Counted from the first letter of the stretch, positions 27,827 to 38,700 are shown. The stretch is 64,000 nt of DNA from Myxococcota bacterium (GCA_036337435.1 JAYZEG010000033.1:1916-65915); one strand, 5' to 3'. Translations and numbers: made by a program. The notes: generated by a model from the letters alone, not told the origin.

Positions 27827-28975
27827 TTAGCTTGTCCTAATGAGTCGTTTAAAGCTGGTCATAGCCCGGATAATCTCGTCGTCAGTGGTATACGGCGCGG
27901 GTCCAAAGCGAATGATATCAGCACGTGAATCAGCGAATATGCCCAGTTCACGAAGGGACTGGATCAGGCTTGACGCCCTCGGGTGCCGAATGGAGACGAA
28001 GCCGCCACGCGATGAATCCGTTGGGGTCAGAATATGACAATCTGGCAGTTGGTCGATGATCAACTGAGTCTGCTGAAGCGATGTTTCTCTGAGGGCCTCG
28101 ATGGTCATGCCCTGCTGCTTGAAGAACTCGATCACCTCGACAGCGCGATAATGGCTCGCCGGATCATAGGTGCTGCCAGCGAAACGGTCCGCGGGCGTTG
28201 TTCCGTAGCCGATCTGGGTTCCTTGGCTCCCATCGAGCCCCGCGAAATCGCTGAACCAACCCGTGTAAATTGGACGGAGTCGGCACTCAGCGGGGACTCG
28301 CATCCAGCAACAGCCTTCTCCCCATTGCGCGTATTTATAGCCTCCGCCTGTAACAAAGACATTGTCGCTGGGCAGCGGACCTAATTGGTTGGGGACGGCA
28401 GCATAAGCATGATAGGCATCCAGCAAGAGTGGAATCCCTTTCCCGACCGCATACGCCATCAATTGGGGGAGCCTTGGCACCATCTCGGCGGTTTTGAACA
28501 AGACCGTAGACACCATCAGGGCAGCGGTGTTTGCGTTACATGCATCGGCCAATCGCTCGACCAATGTATTGATGGGGGTTGTCTGGACCCAATGAACACG
28601 AAGCCCTGCCTCTTCCGAGCGTATGAGTTGCCGTCGAAGACTATGAAACTCACCGTCAGTTGTCACAACGGTCCGGCCGGCGAGCTCTAGGCCCGATAAA
28701 AAACGAACCGCGAGTTCATGACTGTTCTGCGCAAGCGCGATTTCGTCTGGCTCTGTGTGTAGATAGTCAGCAACTGCAGCACGGACGCAATTGGCCTTTT
28801 CGGTCGCACATCGCCACTTGTCATCAACGTGATTTGCGGCATCAAGATAGGCTTTCTCGAGACCAACTCGGGCCACATTAGGCCACGCCTGATGAGAATG
28901 ACCCGTTAGAAGAATCCTGTCAGGGCGGAGAAAATCTGAATAATGGGACCGCAATTTTTCTCGATTTAGAGCCAT
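27827..28975 (-). CDS. Kynureninase-like class V-fold PLP-dependent enzyme
   Basis: Motifs GHSHQAWP, LLDAYHAYAA, GGGYKYAQWGEG (PLP-Lys context), RFAGSTYDP and IRFGPAPYTT parallel kynureninase-family motifs recalled from memory. Confidence 0.75.
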   Translation of the reverse strand: MALNREKLRSHYSDFLRPDRILLTGHSHQAWPNVARVGLEKAYLDAANHVDDKWRCATEKANCVRAAVADYLHTEPDEIALAQNSHELAVRFLSGLELAGRTVVTTDGEFHSLRRQLIRSEEAGLRVHWVQTTPINTLVERLADACNANTAALMVSTVLFKTAEMVPRLPQLMAYAVGKGIPLLLDAYHAYAAVPNQLGPLPSDNVFVTGGGYKYAQWGEGCCWMRVPAECRLRPIYTGWFSDFAGLDGSQGTQIGYGTTPADRFAGSTYDPASHYRAVEVIEFFKQQGMTIEALRETSLQQTQLIIDQLPDCHILTPTDSSRGGFVSIRHPRASSLIQSLRELGIFADSRADIIRFGPAPYTTDDEIIRAMTSFKRLIRTS

Positions 28976-29069
28976 AACTGGTTCTCCGCTTTGAATTCGT
29001 GCAGACTCAACTTAGGATGCACAAGTTACAGACGAGAGCATACTAGCAATTAGACTTCGGGGGAACTCT

Positions 29070-31898
29070 ATGGTCGAGCAAGTGACAGGCGCAGCCGACT
29101 GGCGCTCAGAAACTGAAAAACGCAAGTCTTTGCTACGGAAGGCGTGCATATCCATGTTCAAGACATGGATACCTGATCATCCTGAAGCATCGATGGCCAA
29201 GGGCGAAGTGTACCCCCAGTTTCGAGATGCGACCCAAGATTTTGCGGACAGCATCTCGTTGGTCAGTCTACTGTCCTTCGGTTCCGAGGACATGTTCTGT
29301 CACGACTTTATCTCGACGCCCCTATCTATGCAGGAACTGCTGGTCCAACGAGAAGGTACGGACGCGTTTCTCGATCCAAAAAATGCGTTGCGGGTGGTCC
29401 GACGAAAGTTTGGCATGATGACACTCATCGCCCGAATGGCCAGCACCTTTGAGCAACGGAATATCGTGGCGATCCGTGTCACTCATGGTGCCGACCAAAA
29501 CGAGCTCGTTGAGTTCGGACGAATCATGAGCACGCGCGTCGAAGGGACAGCAACGGAAGAAGAAGTCGAATTCAAAAAACGGTTGCGCACCGCCAACTGC
29601 CCACACTTTGAGGTTCTCTATCACAGCGATTTAATCGGGCGCCGGGTGCCTGTGCCTTGGCCAGTCAAAGAGCTCTATTCACTGCTGGGTCGAACCTATC
29701 GACAAAAGAGGTCGATTCAACCAGAAGAACTCGTTGATTTTGCCCACAAGCACACCAGCCGCCTTGGTGCAAAGGCGCTGAAACAGCTCAGTCTCTACTC
29801 CGAGGAAATGGCAACGGATTTAGACGCCGGCGAACTAAATCCGTTCGCAGACATTGTCAAAGCGGCTGATGAACGCCTTATGCTGACGGCCACACGAAGC
29901 ATTTTTGACGAATTCAAGGCGTTGAGGACACTGCGCCGACAAGAACGCATTAAGTCCAGTGATGAGCCGATGGACGCCTCCGAGGAGACCGACGATGGCG
30001 AACAACTCGAAGTCGACACCGATGAAGAATTCGTTGCGGAAGCTCAAGCAGAACCAGGCGGTTTAGATGACGACGAGTTTTTTCGACTTGCAAAGGGTCT
30101 CGAACTCATCAGAAAGACCCTTGGAAAGGCGTTCTTTCATCGCATTTCGATGGTCAGCGGAGACGTTAACTTCGTCGATGCTGCACGGGCCGGGATCGAC
30201 GGTCTCGATGAAGGGTCCGGTCACGTAACAGACCCCGGCGAGGCATTGCTCCAGGCGCGAGACGTCACAGAGCCATTCTACAGAGCCCGTTCTCTGTCGG
30301 CCGTGGTCGCCCCTTTGCTCTCGGTGGGCCGAGACGATGATGCGAAGAAGGCGGCACTCGAATCTCTGGCGGCTGCCCGAGCCTGTCACGCTGATGATTC
30401 CGTATCAGCATACGCATGTGCGGTGCCCGCACTGCTGACAGCCGAGGAGTTTCGAGAGGCTGCCGGTGCGCTCGAGGTTGCTCTGCGAAAGGCCCACGAC
30501 AACAAGAACGATGAGCAACGCGCATCGGCACTGATGCGAATGTGCTCAACTCTGATGGAGTCGGGTGCCTTACCAGCGGCAGTGAAGCGATCTCTTTCTC
30601 GTTCAATTCTGGGAGAAGACATCAATTTTTGGGGAAAGTCGGTCATTAAGTCGCCGCTTGTCGAAGTCATTCTATCCCTGCTGTCTGGTGTTGACGACGA
30701 CACGCTTATTTTTCTGCAAAAGGTCGTCGTTCACCCAGACGACAGCATCCGACGCAGTGTATTGCGGACACTGCCCCTAGGCGAAAATGAGCACATTCGA
30801 AATATGCTGGTCTCACACTTAAAAGACGATGTGACAGCTGTCCGGATTGAAGTCCTGGATCGAATTGGCACCAGCGGCGACCAAAGCCTAAGCATCTACC
30901 TGGTCAATCAATTCAAGCAAAAGACCGCAAACAGTGACGCCGAGAAAAGAGCCCTTGCCCTGAATCTGGCGCGACTTGGTGGCGTTCGCCACGTCCCCAT
31001 CTTCAACGCGATGCTCGGTAAGCTCGCGACTAAAGATGCACGGTTCATCAAGCGCTACAAACCCATCAATGACGATGCTGGTTTCCAAATTGCCGGGCTA
31101 GAAGCACTTTACCATCTCAAGAGTCGAGACGCGCGCCGGCTCATCTACAATGCAGCAACCAAGGGTCGCGGTAAGATGAAGCCGATGGCTGCTCGGGTTT
31201 GGAATGCCCTCAAAAACCAGTCCTATTCAGATCCAACCCTTCCGCGTTCGACTCATGACCCTGAATACGATGCCGAACAGGATTTGACTCTTGAGCAGGT
31301 CTTGGTCGCTCATGAGGCACAATACGGCGGACCTGATTCCAAGCTGACGGAAGACCCAGGATTGCTTGGGCGCCTCAAAGCTAAATTTTTAGGGGAACAA
31401 CCGCCGACCATGCCTCCAACGGCGCCACCCGCTGTGGGTCAACACCTGCCGCAGCATGGTTCCGGAGTCGCCGACGACCCGACACCAACAGAGAGTCCGG
31501 AGTTGGATAAAGTGCCAACCGCAGAGCGACTATCCACCGATAGCCAGGTCGATGAGGTATCTCCAGGACAAGAGCCAGTGCCCCCGGCGGAAGACGTTGG
31601 CCCCATCCGAGCGGGTCTCCGCTTTGAAGGGGTATTGAGTTCCGATGGTGAGAAATGGACGGGGACTTTGCCGATGAAGTTCACCCTCTTCGATGAGAAG
31701 AACGGAGGGAAAGCGTTCTGGAAGGAAGATCGGGACCATGTCATGGTCACCGCCGGCCGTTTCGAAGTGCTCTTAGGCGTGGACCAAGCCCGCCTACCCG
31801 GATTGCCTCAAAAAGTCTGGCTCAATGTGGAAGTCGACGGAGACACCCTCGAGCCGAGGACAGAAGTGAGTCGATATCGGTCTGTGATTCAGGGCTGA
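29070..31898 (+). CDS. Large HEAT-repeat protein (942 aa) with a distinct C-terminal beta-domain
   Basis: ATG has GGGGGA upstream. It has an acidic linker (DASEETDDGEQLEVDTDEE), HEAT-like repeats (HPDDSIRRSVLRTL, KDDVTAVRIEVLDRIG) and a Pro-rich spacer. The C-terminal about 100 aa resemble a domain common in surface proteins. Confidence 0.75.
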   Translation: MVEQVTGAADWRSETEKRKSLLRKACISMFKTWIPDHPEASMAKGEVYPQFRDATQDFADSISLVSLLSFGSEDMFCHDFISTPLSMQELLVQREGTDAFLDPKNALRVVRRKFGMMTLIARMASTFEQRNIVAIRVTHGADQNELVEFGRIMSTRVEGTATEEEVEFKKRLRTANCPHFEVLYHSDLIGRRVPVPWPVKELYSLLGRTYRQKRSIQPEELVDFAHKHTSRLGAKALKQLSLYSEEMATDLDAGELNPFADIVKAADERLMLTATRSIFDEFKALRTLRRQERIKSSDEPMDASEETDDGEQLEVDTDEEFVAEAQAEPGGLDDDEFFRLAKGLELIRKTLGKAFFHRISMVSGDVNFVDAARAGIDGLDEGSGHVTDPGEALLQARDVTEPFYRARSLSAVVAPLLSVGRDDDAKKAALESLAAARACHADDSVSAYACAVPALLTAEEFREAAGALEVALRKAHDNKNDEQRASALMRMCSTLMESGALPAAVKRSLSRSILGEDINFWGKSVIKSPLVEVILSLLSGVDDDTLIFLQKVVVHPDDSIRRSVLRTLPLGENEHIRNMLVSHLKDDVTAVRIEVLDRIGTSGDQSLSIYLVNQFKQKTANSDAEKRALALNLARLGGVRHVPIFNAMLGKLATKDARFIKRYKPINDDAGFQIAGLEALYHLKSRDARRLIYNAATKGRGKMKPMAARVWNALKNQSYSDPTLPRSTHDPEYDAEQDLTLEQVLVAHEAQYGGPDSKLTEDPGLLGRLKAKFLGEQPPTMPPTAPPAVGQHLPQHGSGVADDPTPTESPELDKVPTAERLSTDSQVDEVSPGQEPVPPAEDVGPIRAGLRFEGVLSSDGEKWTGTLPMKFTLFDEKNGGKAFWKEDRDHVMVTAGRFEVLLGVDQARLPGLPQKVWLNVEVDGDTLEPRTEVSRYRSVIQG

Positions 31899-31901
31899 TT
31901 C

Positions 31902-32669
31902 TCAGCGGGGCCCTTCGAGCAACTCTTGCATTTCATTCTTTTCGGGAAGCGGACTGAAGGTCTGACCTTCGAAGGGCCCGAGTGAGATCTCAAAGCGGGC
32001 TGGTCCGAAGGGGGGTTCACCGGTTTCTCTGAGCTTGCCACGGTAGTATAAAGTTTGGCCTCGCGTATTGTCGAATCGACCTTGCCGGTCTACATTAAGA
32101 CCCCGTTTCAGAGATTCCCAATGGAGGGGAAAATGATCTGATTGGCCGATGAAGAACTCGGATAGGGCTGTCATATCGGCACTGACCGCTTTGGGTGGGA
32201 AGATGACCGACGCCCCGTAGACCTGCTGACCAACAATGGTAAATGTCATTTCCACACCATTGCTATTGATAAAAGTCGGCCCCGACGTGTCAGGGTCACC
32301 GCTTTTCTCTACCCAATGAGCGCGGTCCATGACCCTCTTCAACCAAGATTTGCTTCGACCCAGCAATCCCGTTCGCTCTACTTCAACAAGCGAGAGCCGA
32401 TCGTTCGTTTTTGGCCTGCTCTTTTTTCCAGACGAAATTAATCCGGGCTCCAGGACGTCAGCAGTCCCTTGACTCAACGCCTTCGTGGGCGGCAACTGTA
32501 AGCGTTTGACCACGGAACTACTGGATTTTTTGGACGTGTTTTCCGGCCGAGGCGGTTTCGTTTCACGTGGTTCTGATGCTGCAACCCAAAGGACGAGAGC
32601 GACCATCGAAACACCGGCCAACACGAGGCCTGCTCGTTGAAGGTTCACCGGCTGGCTCCCAACAAACAA
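31902..32669 (-). CDS. Single-pass membrane-anchored hypothetical protein
   Basis: N-terminal TM helix (LVLAGVSMVALVLWVAA), a Ser/Lys/Pro-rich linker and a globular C-terminal region. It starts 6 nt after the stop of the 957-aa gene. Confidence 0.6.
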   Translation of the reverse strand: MFVGSQPVNLQRAGLVLAGVSMVALVLWVAASEPRETKPPRPENTSKKSSSSVVKRLQLPPTKALSQGTADVLEPGLISSGKKSRPKTNDRLSLVEVERTGLLGRSKSWLKRVMDRAHWVEKSGDPDTSGPTFINSNGVEMTFTIVGQQVYGASVIFPPKAVSADMTALSEFFIGQSDHFPLHWESLKRGLNVDRQGRFDNTRGQTLYYRGKLRETGEPPFGPARFEISLGPFEGQTFSPLPEKNEMQELLEGPR

Positions 32670-32675
32670 GAGTTT

Positions 32676-35549
32676 CTAAGGTGCGACGCACGCATAATCG
32701 ATGCATTGGCCTTCCGCACAATCGACATCGAGGCGACACTCAGCTACGCCCCATCTCAATTGAAAAGACCCGGACTCACCATTGCTACCATCCACGATCA
32801 CGAACACAGGTTCATCTGCAGCCACGTCAAACACCGTAGATTCCGTGAGGGCACCGTCCGAACATGCAACGCGCCGACGCGCTGGGTTCGCGCAATCACT
32901 GACAACGTACAGGGCCAAATCCCAGCCATCCTCAGGAATTGCTTCGACATACATCATTTGGTTTTGCGGACTCGCAAGCGTGTACACCACATCACCACCC
33001 AAAGTGTTGTTTCCTGTGCATAAATTCGCATCAAGGAGCCGGTAGTCATCAATGGCTGCTTGGGTTGATGCAACGAGTTGGCCGCCAGCTGCGTCAAGCG
33101 CAGTCGCTGAATCGCAGACCTCGTTCACTGGAGCTGCACCGATTGATTCCACGTTCATCTGCACCGTCACTCGCCCGCGAGAGTTGGCATCAGCACCATC
33201 GATGACGAGATAGTAAACACCAGGTTCAACCTGGGTCTCAAACCCAAAGCCACACACATTTGCATCTCTCGCTCGACAATCCGGTCCAAGGAATGCGCTG
33301 ACAGCGAATGCATCGCCGGCCGCAGCCGCCTGCAATCTCACGTTAGCTGGTTCTAAGAAAGTCAGCCGGTAGACAACATCTGGTCCAGCGTCGCCAGTAC
33401 AGCCACTTACATCATCATTAGCTCGGTCCAGATTGACCCCAAAAACCGTGACTCCGTCGGGATTGAAAGCCAACTCCTGGGCTTGGTTACACCGGTCGTT
33501 AGCGGGTGCCAATGCCAAAGGTGCAGTGTCAACATCCAATCGATAATTGGGGCGGTCTCCGATGTCGATGCCGTCGACAGCGATAGAGTAAGTGCCGAGC
33601 TCGGTTATCGCGGCACGGGCCGTCGCAGGGCTTCTCTGACTGAAGTTCGGATCGAGTGGGTCACGCTGGCCAGTCGAACAGGCGACTTCACTGGATGCGT
33701 CTCCGCAATTACTGCGAATGCTGACAACAGGGTCGCCTAAGGTGCCGCCGGCCAAACCACTGACCGTGGCCGTCAAAAGGACCGGTAAATCAGCTTCATC
33801 ATCAAAGGAGACCGAATAGATAACCTCACCGCCATTGGCCTCACCGCCCGCACAGATCGGCGAGAATTCATCGTCTTGGGTGAGCTGTGCTTGCACGGAC
33901 GCTTGGCCTCTTTGGAGCTCAAGGGGAGATGCATCTTCGCAAAGCCGTAAGACAGCAGATGGGACGGCCGTCATGCTAACCCGATACGTCCCCGAACCTG
34001 ACCGTGCGCTCAGCTCGAGGCAGTAGGGGCCCGCACCAGCACGAAAATTCACGGCGTCGCCTCCCTGCCGGGACCATTCGCTCTCCGTATTACGGACCGT
34101 TTCTCCATCAACTCGAATGACTCGGCCAGCGACCACAGCATCGCCGGATGTCACCTCAATGTCGATGGAGACTTCTTCTCTCACTTGAGTCGCGAAGCAA
34201 ATGTAGTCTAGGTCATCGGGACAGATACGACCGGCCAAATCACCGCTGAACCCTAACTCACCCGGTGCCCGTACTTGGCGACCGGTCTCGGGTGAATCAT
34301 CACCGGCTCCGCTTTCATTCGCGTCGTCGATACACGCTTCGCCTTCGTCCACCAAGGCGACATCGAGAACAAACGAGCCGATCCCATATGGCTGATTTTG
34401 GTCAACGACCGCAAAGATGGTCTGCTCGCTCGGGAAAGGACCGACCACAACCGCTTCGACGGGTTGGTCGCTCTGCGCGCTGACCAGTTCTACGCCATCG
34501 GCATTGCGAATAGTCAAATTCAGATTCGCGAGGTTGTCCTGTTGACGCAGGCTGACCGTTGCCGCGTTGTTGGCCGGCAAGACAAACTCGAACCAATCAG
34601 CGTCGTCACCGCAGCTCACCAAACAGCGAAGTAAGCCAGCGATGATCGGTGTTGCTGTCTCCGCTGTTTCGTTGTCTTCGTACACGTCATCGGCACATTG
34701 TGGCAAATCACATGCCCCGTTTACGCAGACCCGTGACCCAATGCATTCGTCATCGCTTGAGCAGGTGTCCGGTTCGGCGCACGCGTTGCCATCTGCGCGA
34801 ACTCGGCATTCCATGCCCGTCGGGCAATCGGAATCTTCCTGGCACGGACCGCAAATGTTGCCCGCCCGTGCTTCGAGACAAACGTGTCCGAGCACAGGGC
34901 AATCGGCGTCTGACTCACATGCACCAGACGGGTCTCGCAAACACTGCCCATCCTCCGAGCAAATCTGACCGGGCGGGCAATCCACCTCGTCGTCCCGACA
35001 GTCCGGCGTCGCTTCGCATGTCCCACCGACACAAACACGAGTGCCAAGACATTCGCGGCTGTCGCTGCAAACAGCCGGTTCAACGCACAGGTGCTGCTCG
35101 ACATCACACGTACCGGCCCCAAAACACTGGTCGTCGGTCTCGCATTGACCGCAGCGGCCATCGAAACAGAGGGGCAGAGTCGGATCTGCATCGAGACAGG
35201 CTGCATCGTCAGCACACCCATCGGCGCATGCACCGTCGACACAGATGCGGCCCTCGATGCACTGAGTATCCCGTTCACACGGGGACACTTCGACACACTC
35301 CCCCGCCTCGTCACAGGTGAGTTCACGGGGACAATCGCACTCAGCTGGCCCGACATCACCGAAATCGGAACGAGGTGGGCCTGCATCGGGCCTGCCTTGG
35401 TCAACGCCCTCATCAGGCGTTGTGCCACCGCCCATGCCACCGCCACCGCCGGCGCCGCCATCGGATTCGTCTCCTCCGCAACCCAGTGCGAGCGCCAAGC
35501 CAATGGCCAAAATCCAACGGCTGTGTGGCCGCCTAAGAAAATTTGTCAT
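32676..35549 (-). CDS. Giant secreted lipoprotein: Cys-rich repeats plus multiple PPC-like beta-sandwich domains (957 aa)
   Basis: Lipobox LALGC followed by a Gly-rich linker. About 10 repeats of the CxxDxxCxxGxxCxxGxC type are followed by repeated D/E-x-N-D...D-x-D-W/Y-F cores (DDVYEDNETAETA...GDDADWFEF; CPDDLDYICF). SD GAGGGG. Confidence 0.85.
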   Translation of the reverse strand: MTNFLRRPHSRWILAIGLALALGCGGDESDGGAGGGGGMGGGTTPDEGVDQGRPDAGPPRSDFGDVGPAECDCPRELTCDEAGECVEVSPCERDTQCIEGRICVDGACADGCADDAACLDADPTLPLCFDGRCGQCETDDQCFGAGTCDVEQHLCVEPAVCSDSRECLGTRVCVGGTCEATPDCRDDEVDCPPGQICSEDGQCLRDPSGACESDADCPVLGHVCLEARAGNICGPCQEDSDCPTGMECRVRADGNACAEPDTCSSDDECIGSRVCVNGACDLPQCADDVYEDNETAETATPIIAGLLRCLVSCGDDADWFEFVLPANNAATVSLRQQDNLANLNLTIRNADGVELVSAQSDQPVEAVVVGPFPSEQTIFAVVDQNQPYGIGSFVLDVALVDEGEACIDDANESGAGDDSPETGRQVRAPGELGFSGDLAGRICPDDLDYICFATQVREEVSIDIEVTSGDAVVAGRVIRVDGETVRNTESEWSRQGGDAVNFRAGAGPYCLELSARSGSGTYRVSMTAVPSAVLRLCEDASPLELQRGQASVQAQLTQDDEFSPICAGGEANGGEVIYSVSFDDEADLPVLLTATVSGLAGGTLGDPVVSIRSNCGDASSEVACSTGQRDPLDPNFSQRSPATARAAITELGTYSIAVDGIDIGDRPNYRLDVDTAPLALAPANDRCNQAQELAFNPDGVTVFGVNLDRANDDVSGCTGDAGPDVVYRLTFLEPANVRLQAAAAGDAFAVSAFLGPDCRARDANVCGFGFETQVEPGVYYLVIDGADANSRGRVTVQMNVESIGAAPVNEVCDSATALDAAGGQLVASTQAAIDDYRLLDANLCTGNNTLGGDVVYTLASPQNQMMYVEAIPEDGWDLALYVVSDCANPARRRVACSDGALTESTVFDVAADEPVFVIVDGSNGESGSFQLRWGVAECRLDVDCAEGQCIDYACVAP
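34690..35345 (-). repeat. Coding array of about 10 Myxococcus-type cysteine-rich repeats (within the 957-aa CDS)
   Basis: Recurrent pattern such as CERDTQCIEGRICVDGAC, CETDDQCFGAGTCDVEQHLC, CSDSRECLGTRVCVGGTC and CSSDDECIGSRVCVNGAC. Coordinates are approximate. Confidence 0.75.
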
Positions 35550-35750
35550 CTGTCATTCCCCTCAACCGAAGCCAGTTGGTTTTGATGCTAAGTAATTATG
35601 TGGCCTTGATGCAACCTTACGATGACCCAAAATCAACATCTTGAAAAAAAAGTGAAATAATCAGGGGAAAACAGCAATCAGTACTTGGATCTATCCCAGC
35701 ACTCAATGTACCCTCAATACTGCTAAGATTCGTGGGGAGGTCTGGCATCT

Positions 35751-38700
35751 ATGGTTAGGTACATTATCTTCTTTCTCGTCAGCTTATGGATTGGCCAAAG
35801 TCAGGCGGGTGTTCCAGAACACTGGGTCAATATCGTGTCGCCCAACGCGGGAGAATGCGTGAATAATGGCCCTGAAACGTTCACAGGCGGTATTATCGGA
35901 GGCGAGGCCCAAGCACCCGCCCGAGATGTCCCCTTGGTCTTTCAAGCCTACTCCGTCGATGGAGAACCACTTACGCTCACTTTTCTGACCGAATGGACAG
36001 AAATTGCACCCAACGGCCAAGCGGTCGAGCGAAACGAAATGTATCAAATCGTTTTGAGCGTCCCTGCCGACGAAGTAGTGGAAACCGATGGCTACCCAAT
36101 TCCTGGTTTTTTCGTGAACGATGGAGATAATGTTCGGCTGACCATTCGTGCTGAGCACCCAACATTTGGACCAACTGAAACCGAGGTGGTTTTTGATCTA
36201 GACCGGGAAGCTCCGGTTGTGGTTATGAACCCCGATTCAATTGCCAATGCACAAAGTGAATGTGCGGCCGAACCGGCTGATTTTAATTACCAAGTCTCTG
36301 ATAATCGGACTCCACAAGAGGAGATTGTCAGTGACATTCGTGTCGAGCGTGATGGCTGCGTGGTGAGGCGGATTATCAGTGTACGAGATAACTGCGGCGA
36401 TGGGAACGCGCAGGAGTTGGAACTTCTAAGCGAAGCCCCCGCCGATGCTGATTCCATCGACCTAGAAATTCGAGGTTTTCGATGCACCATCGAAGGCTGT
36501 GTGACCGAAGGCGCGAACGCACAGCAGTTCGAGGATGGCGCGCGTGTGTCGATGCCAACCTTCGTGCCTGTTATCAATGCGCCAAATGGATGTGCATCGA
36601 ACGTGGAAGCTGTGGTCATGCGAGCAGATGAGCAAGTCGCGACCTGTCCTGAGACACCTCCAGTCTTGACGGGGGCGGCCGGCGATGAATGCGCTGGTGA
36701 TGCTGACTGTTCGGGCGCGCAAACGTGTGTGAATGGCTTCTGTGCGGAGCCTGCTGAGTGCCAGAACAACGCCGATTGTCGGGGCGCACGCATCTGTAAA
36801 GAGGACGGCTGTGTAAGCCCATGTTCTCCCCTCGAAGGTGGCCGAGTCTTTGAAGACGCAGGGGATTATATCGCACGATTGAGGGTCAGTAGCTGCGGAG
36901 GAAATCCTGTAGAGACCAATATGACGGTCACCGTGCTCGAGAAGCCCATCGCTGTGGCTGGCGGCAATCTGGAGAACGGCGATTATGAGGTTCGCCAAGG
37001 TGAACCACTCATTTTAGACGGGAGCACAAGCTTCGCTGCGCCCGAAGTTGGGGGCATTGTTGAATATGCCTGGGACTTGAATGGCGACGGGTTTTACAAT
37101 GTTGATAACGAAGTGTTCGGCGGCGACCAACCGACCGTTGAGTTCGACACGTTGATTTCTGGAGAATTCCGAAGACGCCTGAGAGTGACGGCCGGCAACG
37201 GGACGTCCGCCTACGTATGGTTTAATATAACAGTGCTTGATGTCGACCCTGTCTGCGATGCAGGAGGTCCTTACGTGGTCTTCGAGGGTGAGGCCCTGGA
37301 ACTAGATGGAAGCGGGAGTGCCGCTGGACATGAAGCAGACCCGATCCAATCGTACGCTTGGGACTTTGGGGATGGCTTCAGACCACAGACCGGTGCGACG
37401 CTGCGCCGGCCACTCCACATTTACCGAGATGCCAGCGATGAGCCGCTCACGGTGACTTTGACCGTGTCTGACCCTGATTCTCAAAGTCAGTGCACCGCAC
37501 AAGTCATCGTCAACGACGTTCAACCGCAACTAGATGGAGTGAACATTCTCAACCCGCAGTCGGCCATCGAAGGCGAGCTGATGCGATTCGAAGCCAATGC
37601 CCAACCTGGCAGTCAGTCGGATCCACTCACCTATTTCGCGTGGACGTTTGGTCTTCCAGGTGCCGGTGTCGAAGGTGAAGCGCAACGGACCGCCGAATAC
37701 ACCTACATGGATAACGGAAGCTACCAAGTCTGTGTCACCGTCCAGGATGAAGACTCGAACGTCAGTGATTGCGCGGAACTCGAGATCGCTGACCTCGAAC
37801 CCTTCGCATCAATGACTGGACCCGAGCGAGCTGTGCAGGGCGAAGAACTCACGTTCGATGCATCGAATACGCAAGCCGGTGGACTTGCTGATCCATTAAC
37901 CATGTTGGTCTGGAATTGGGGCGACGGAAGCAATCTTGAAACCGTGCAACTCGGCAACAACATTCCAAACCAATTCCTCGGCACGCACACCTATGCTGAA
38001 GACGGCGTTTACACTGTGACCTTACGCGTTGTGGACGAAGATTCTGCAGCCATCGTCACACAGGTCGTCACCGTCGAAGATGCCCAACCCGAGGCTCAAT
38101 TTGAAATCAGTTATCCTGGTCTAGAGCGGACCATTCCAGAGGGCGTCGACCTGCTCTTCAACTCAGCAGGGAGCCGAGCAGGCAGCGCGACCGATCCAAT
38201 CGAAGCATTCGTATGGGATTTTGGGGATGGCACGACACGAACGCTTGAGCCTAACCAAACAGGGGTAACCTACAATTGGGCGGACGAAGGCGCATATGAA
38301 GTCCGTCTCACCGTTCGCGACGATGACGGCAGTGAGTCGTCATTGATGAGAATCGTTGAAGTGACGAACCGCGCACCCATCGTCCAATTACAGGCCGATT
38401 CCAATCAAGTCGCCATCGGTGAGAACATTCTCTTCGTTGCACTCAGCGGGGATGTCCCTGCCGGTGATGGTGCTCGGGTCGTTGCATTGGTCGATGACGT
38501 CGAGGGTGACTTGCCACCAGCCCTTGTGCGTTGGGAAATGGGCGACGGCTCAGTTATCGAATCTGGCTCACATCGCTATGCATTCAACTCGCTCGGTCAG
38601 AAAACTGTGCGGGTCACGGTTGACGATGGTGATGGAGGAACCACAGAGGCTGAGATCGTCCTCAATGTGACACCAGCTGCGCCGTCTATTGAGGCGCTGG

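Noticed and set aside
28978-28994. Sigma-54-like element CTGGTTCTCCGCTTTGA upstream of the 942-aa gene
   Set aside because: The -12 element is TG rather than the required GC, and the -24 region deviates from TGGCAC. This is too weak to call.
34567-35595. Several long ORFs (133-260 aa, both strands) inside the 957-aa gene
   Set aside because: Same artefact as above: Cys-rich and Gly-rich repeat DNA leaves other frames open. The products are Arg/His/Pro-rich.
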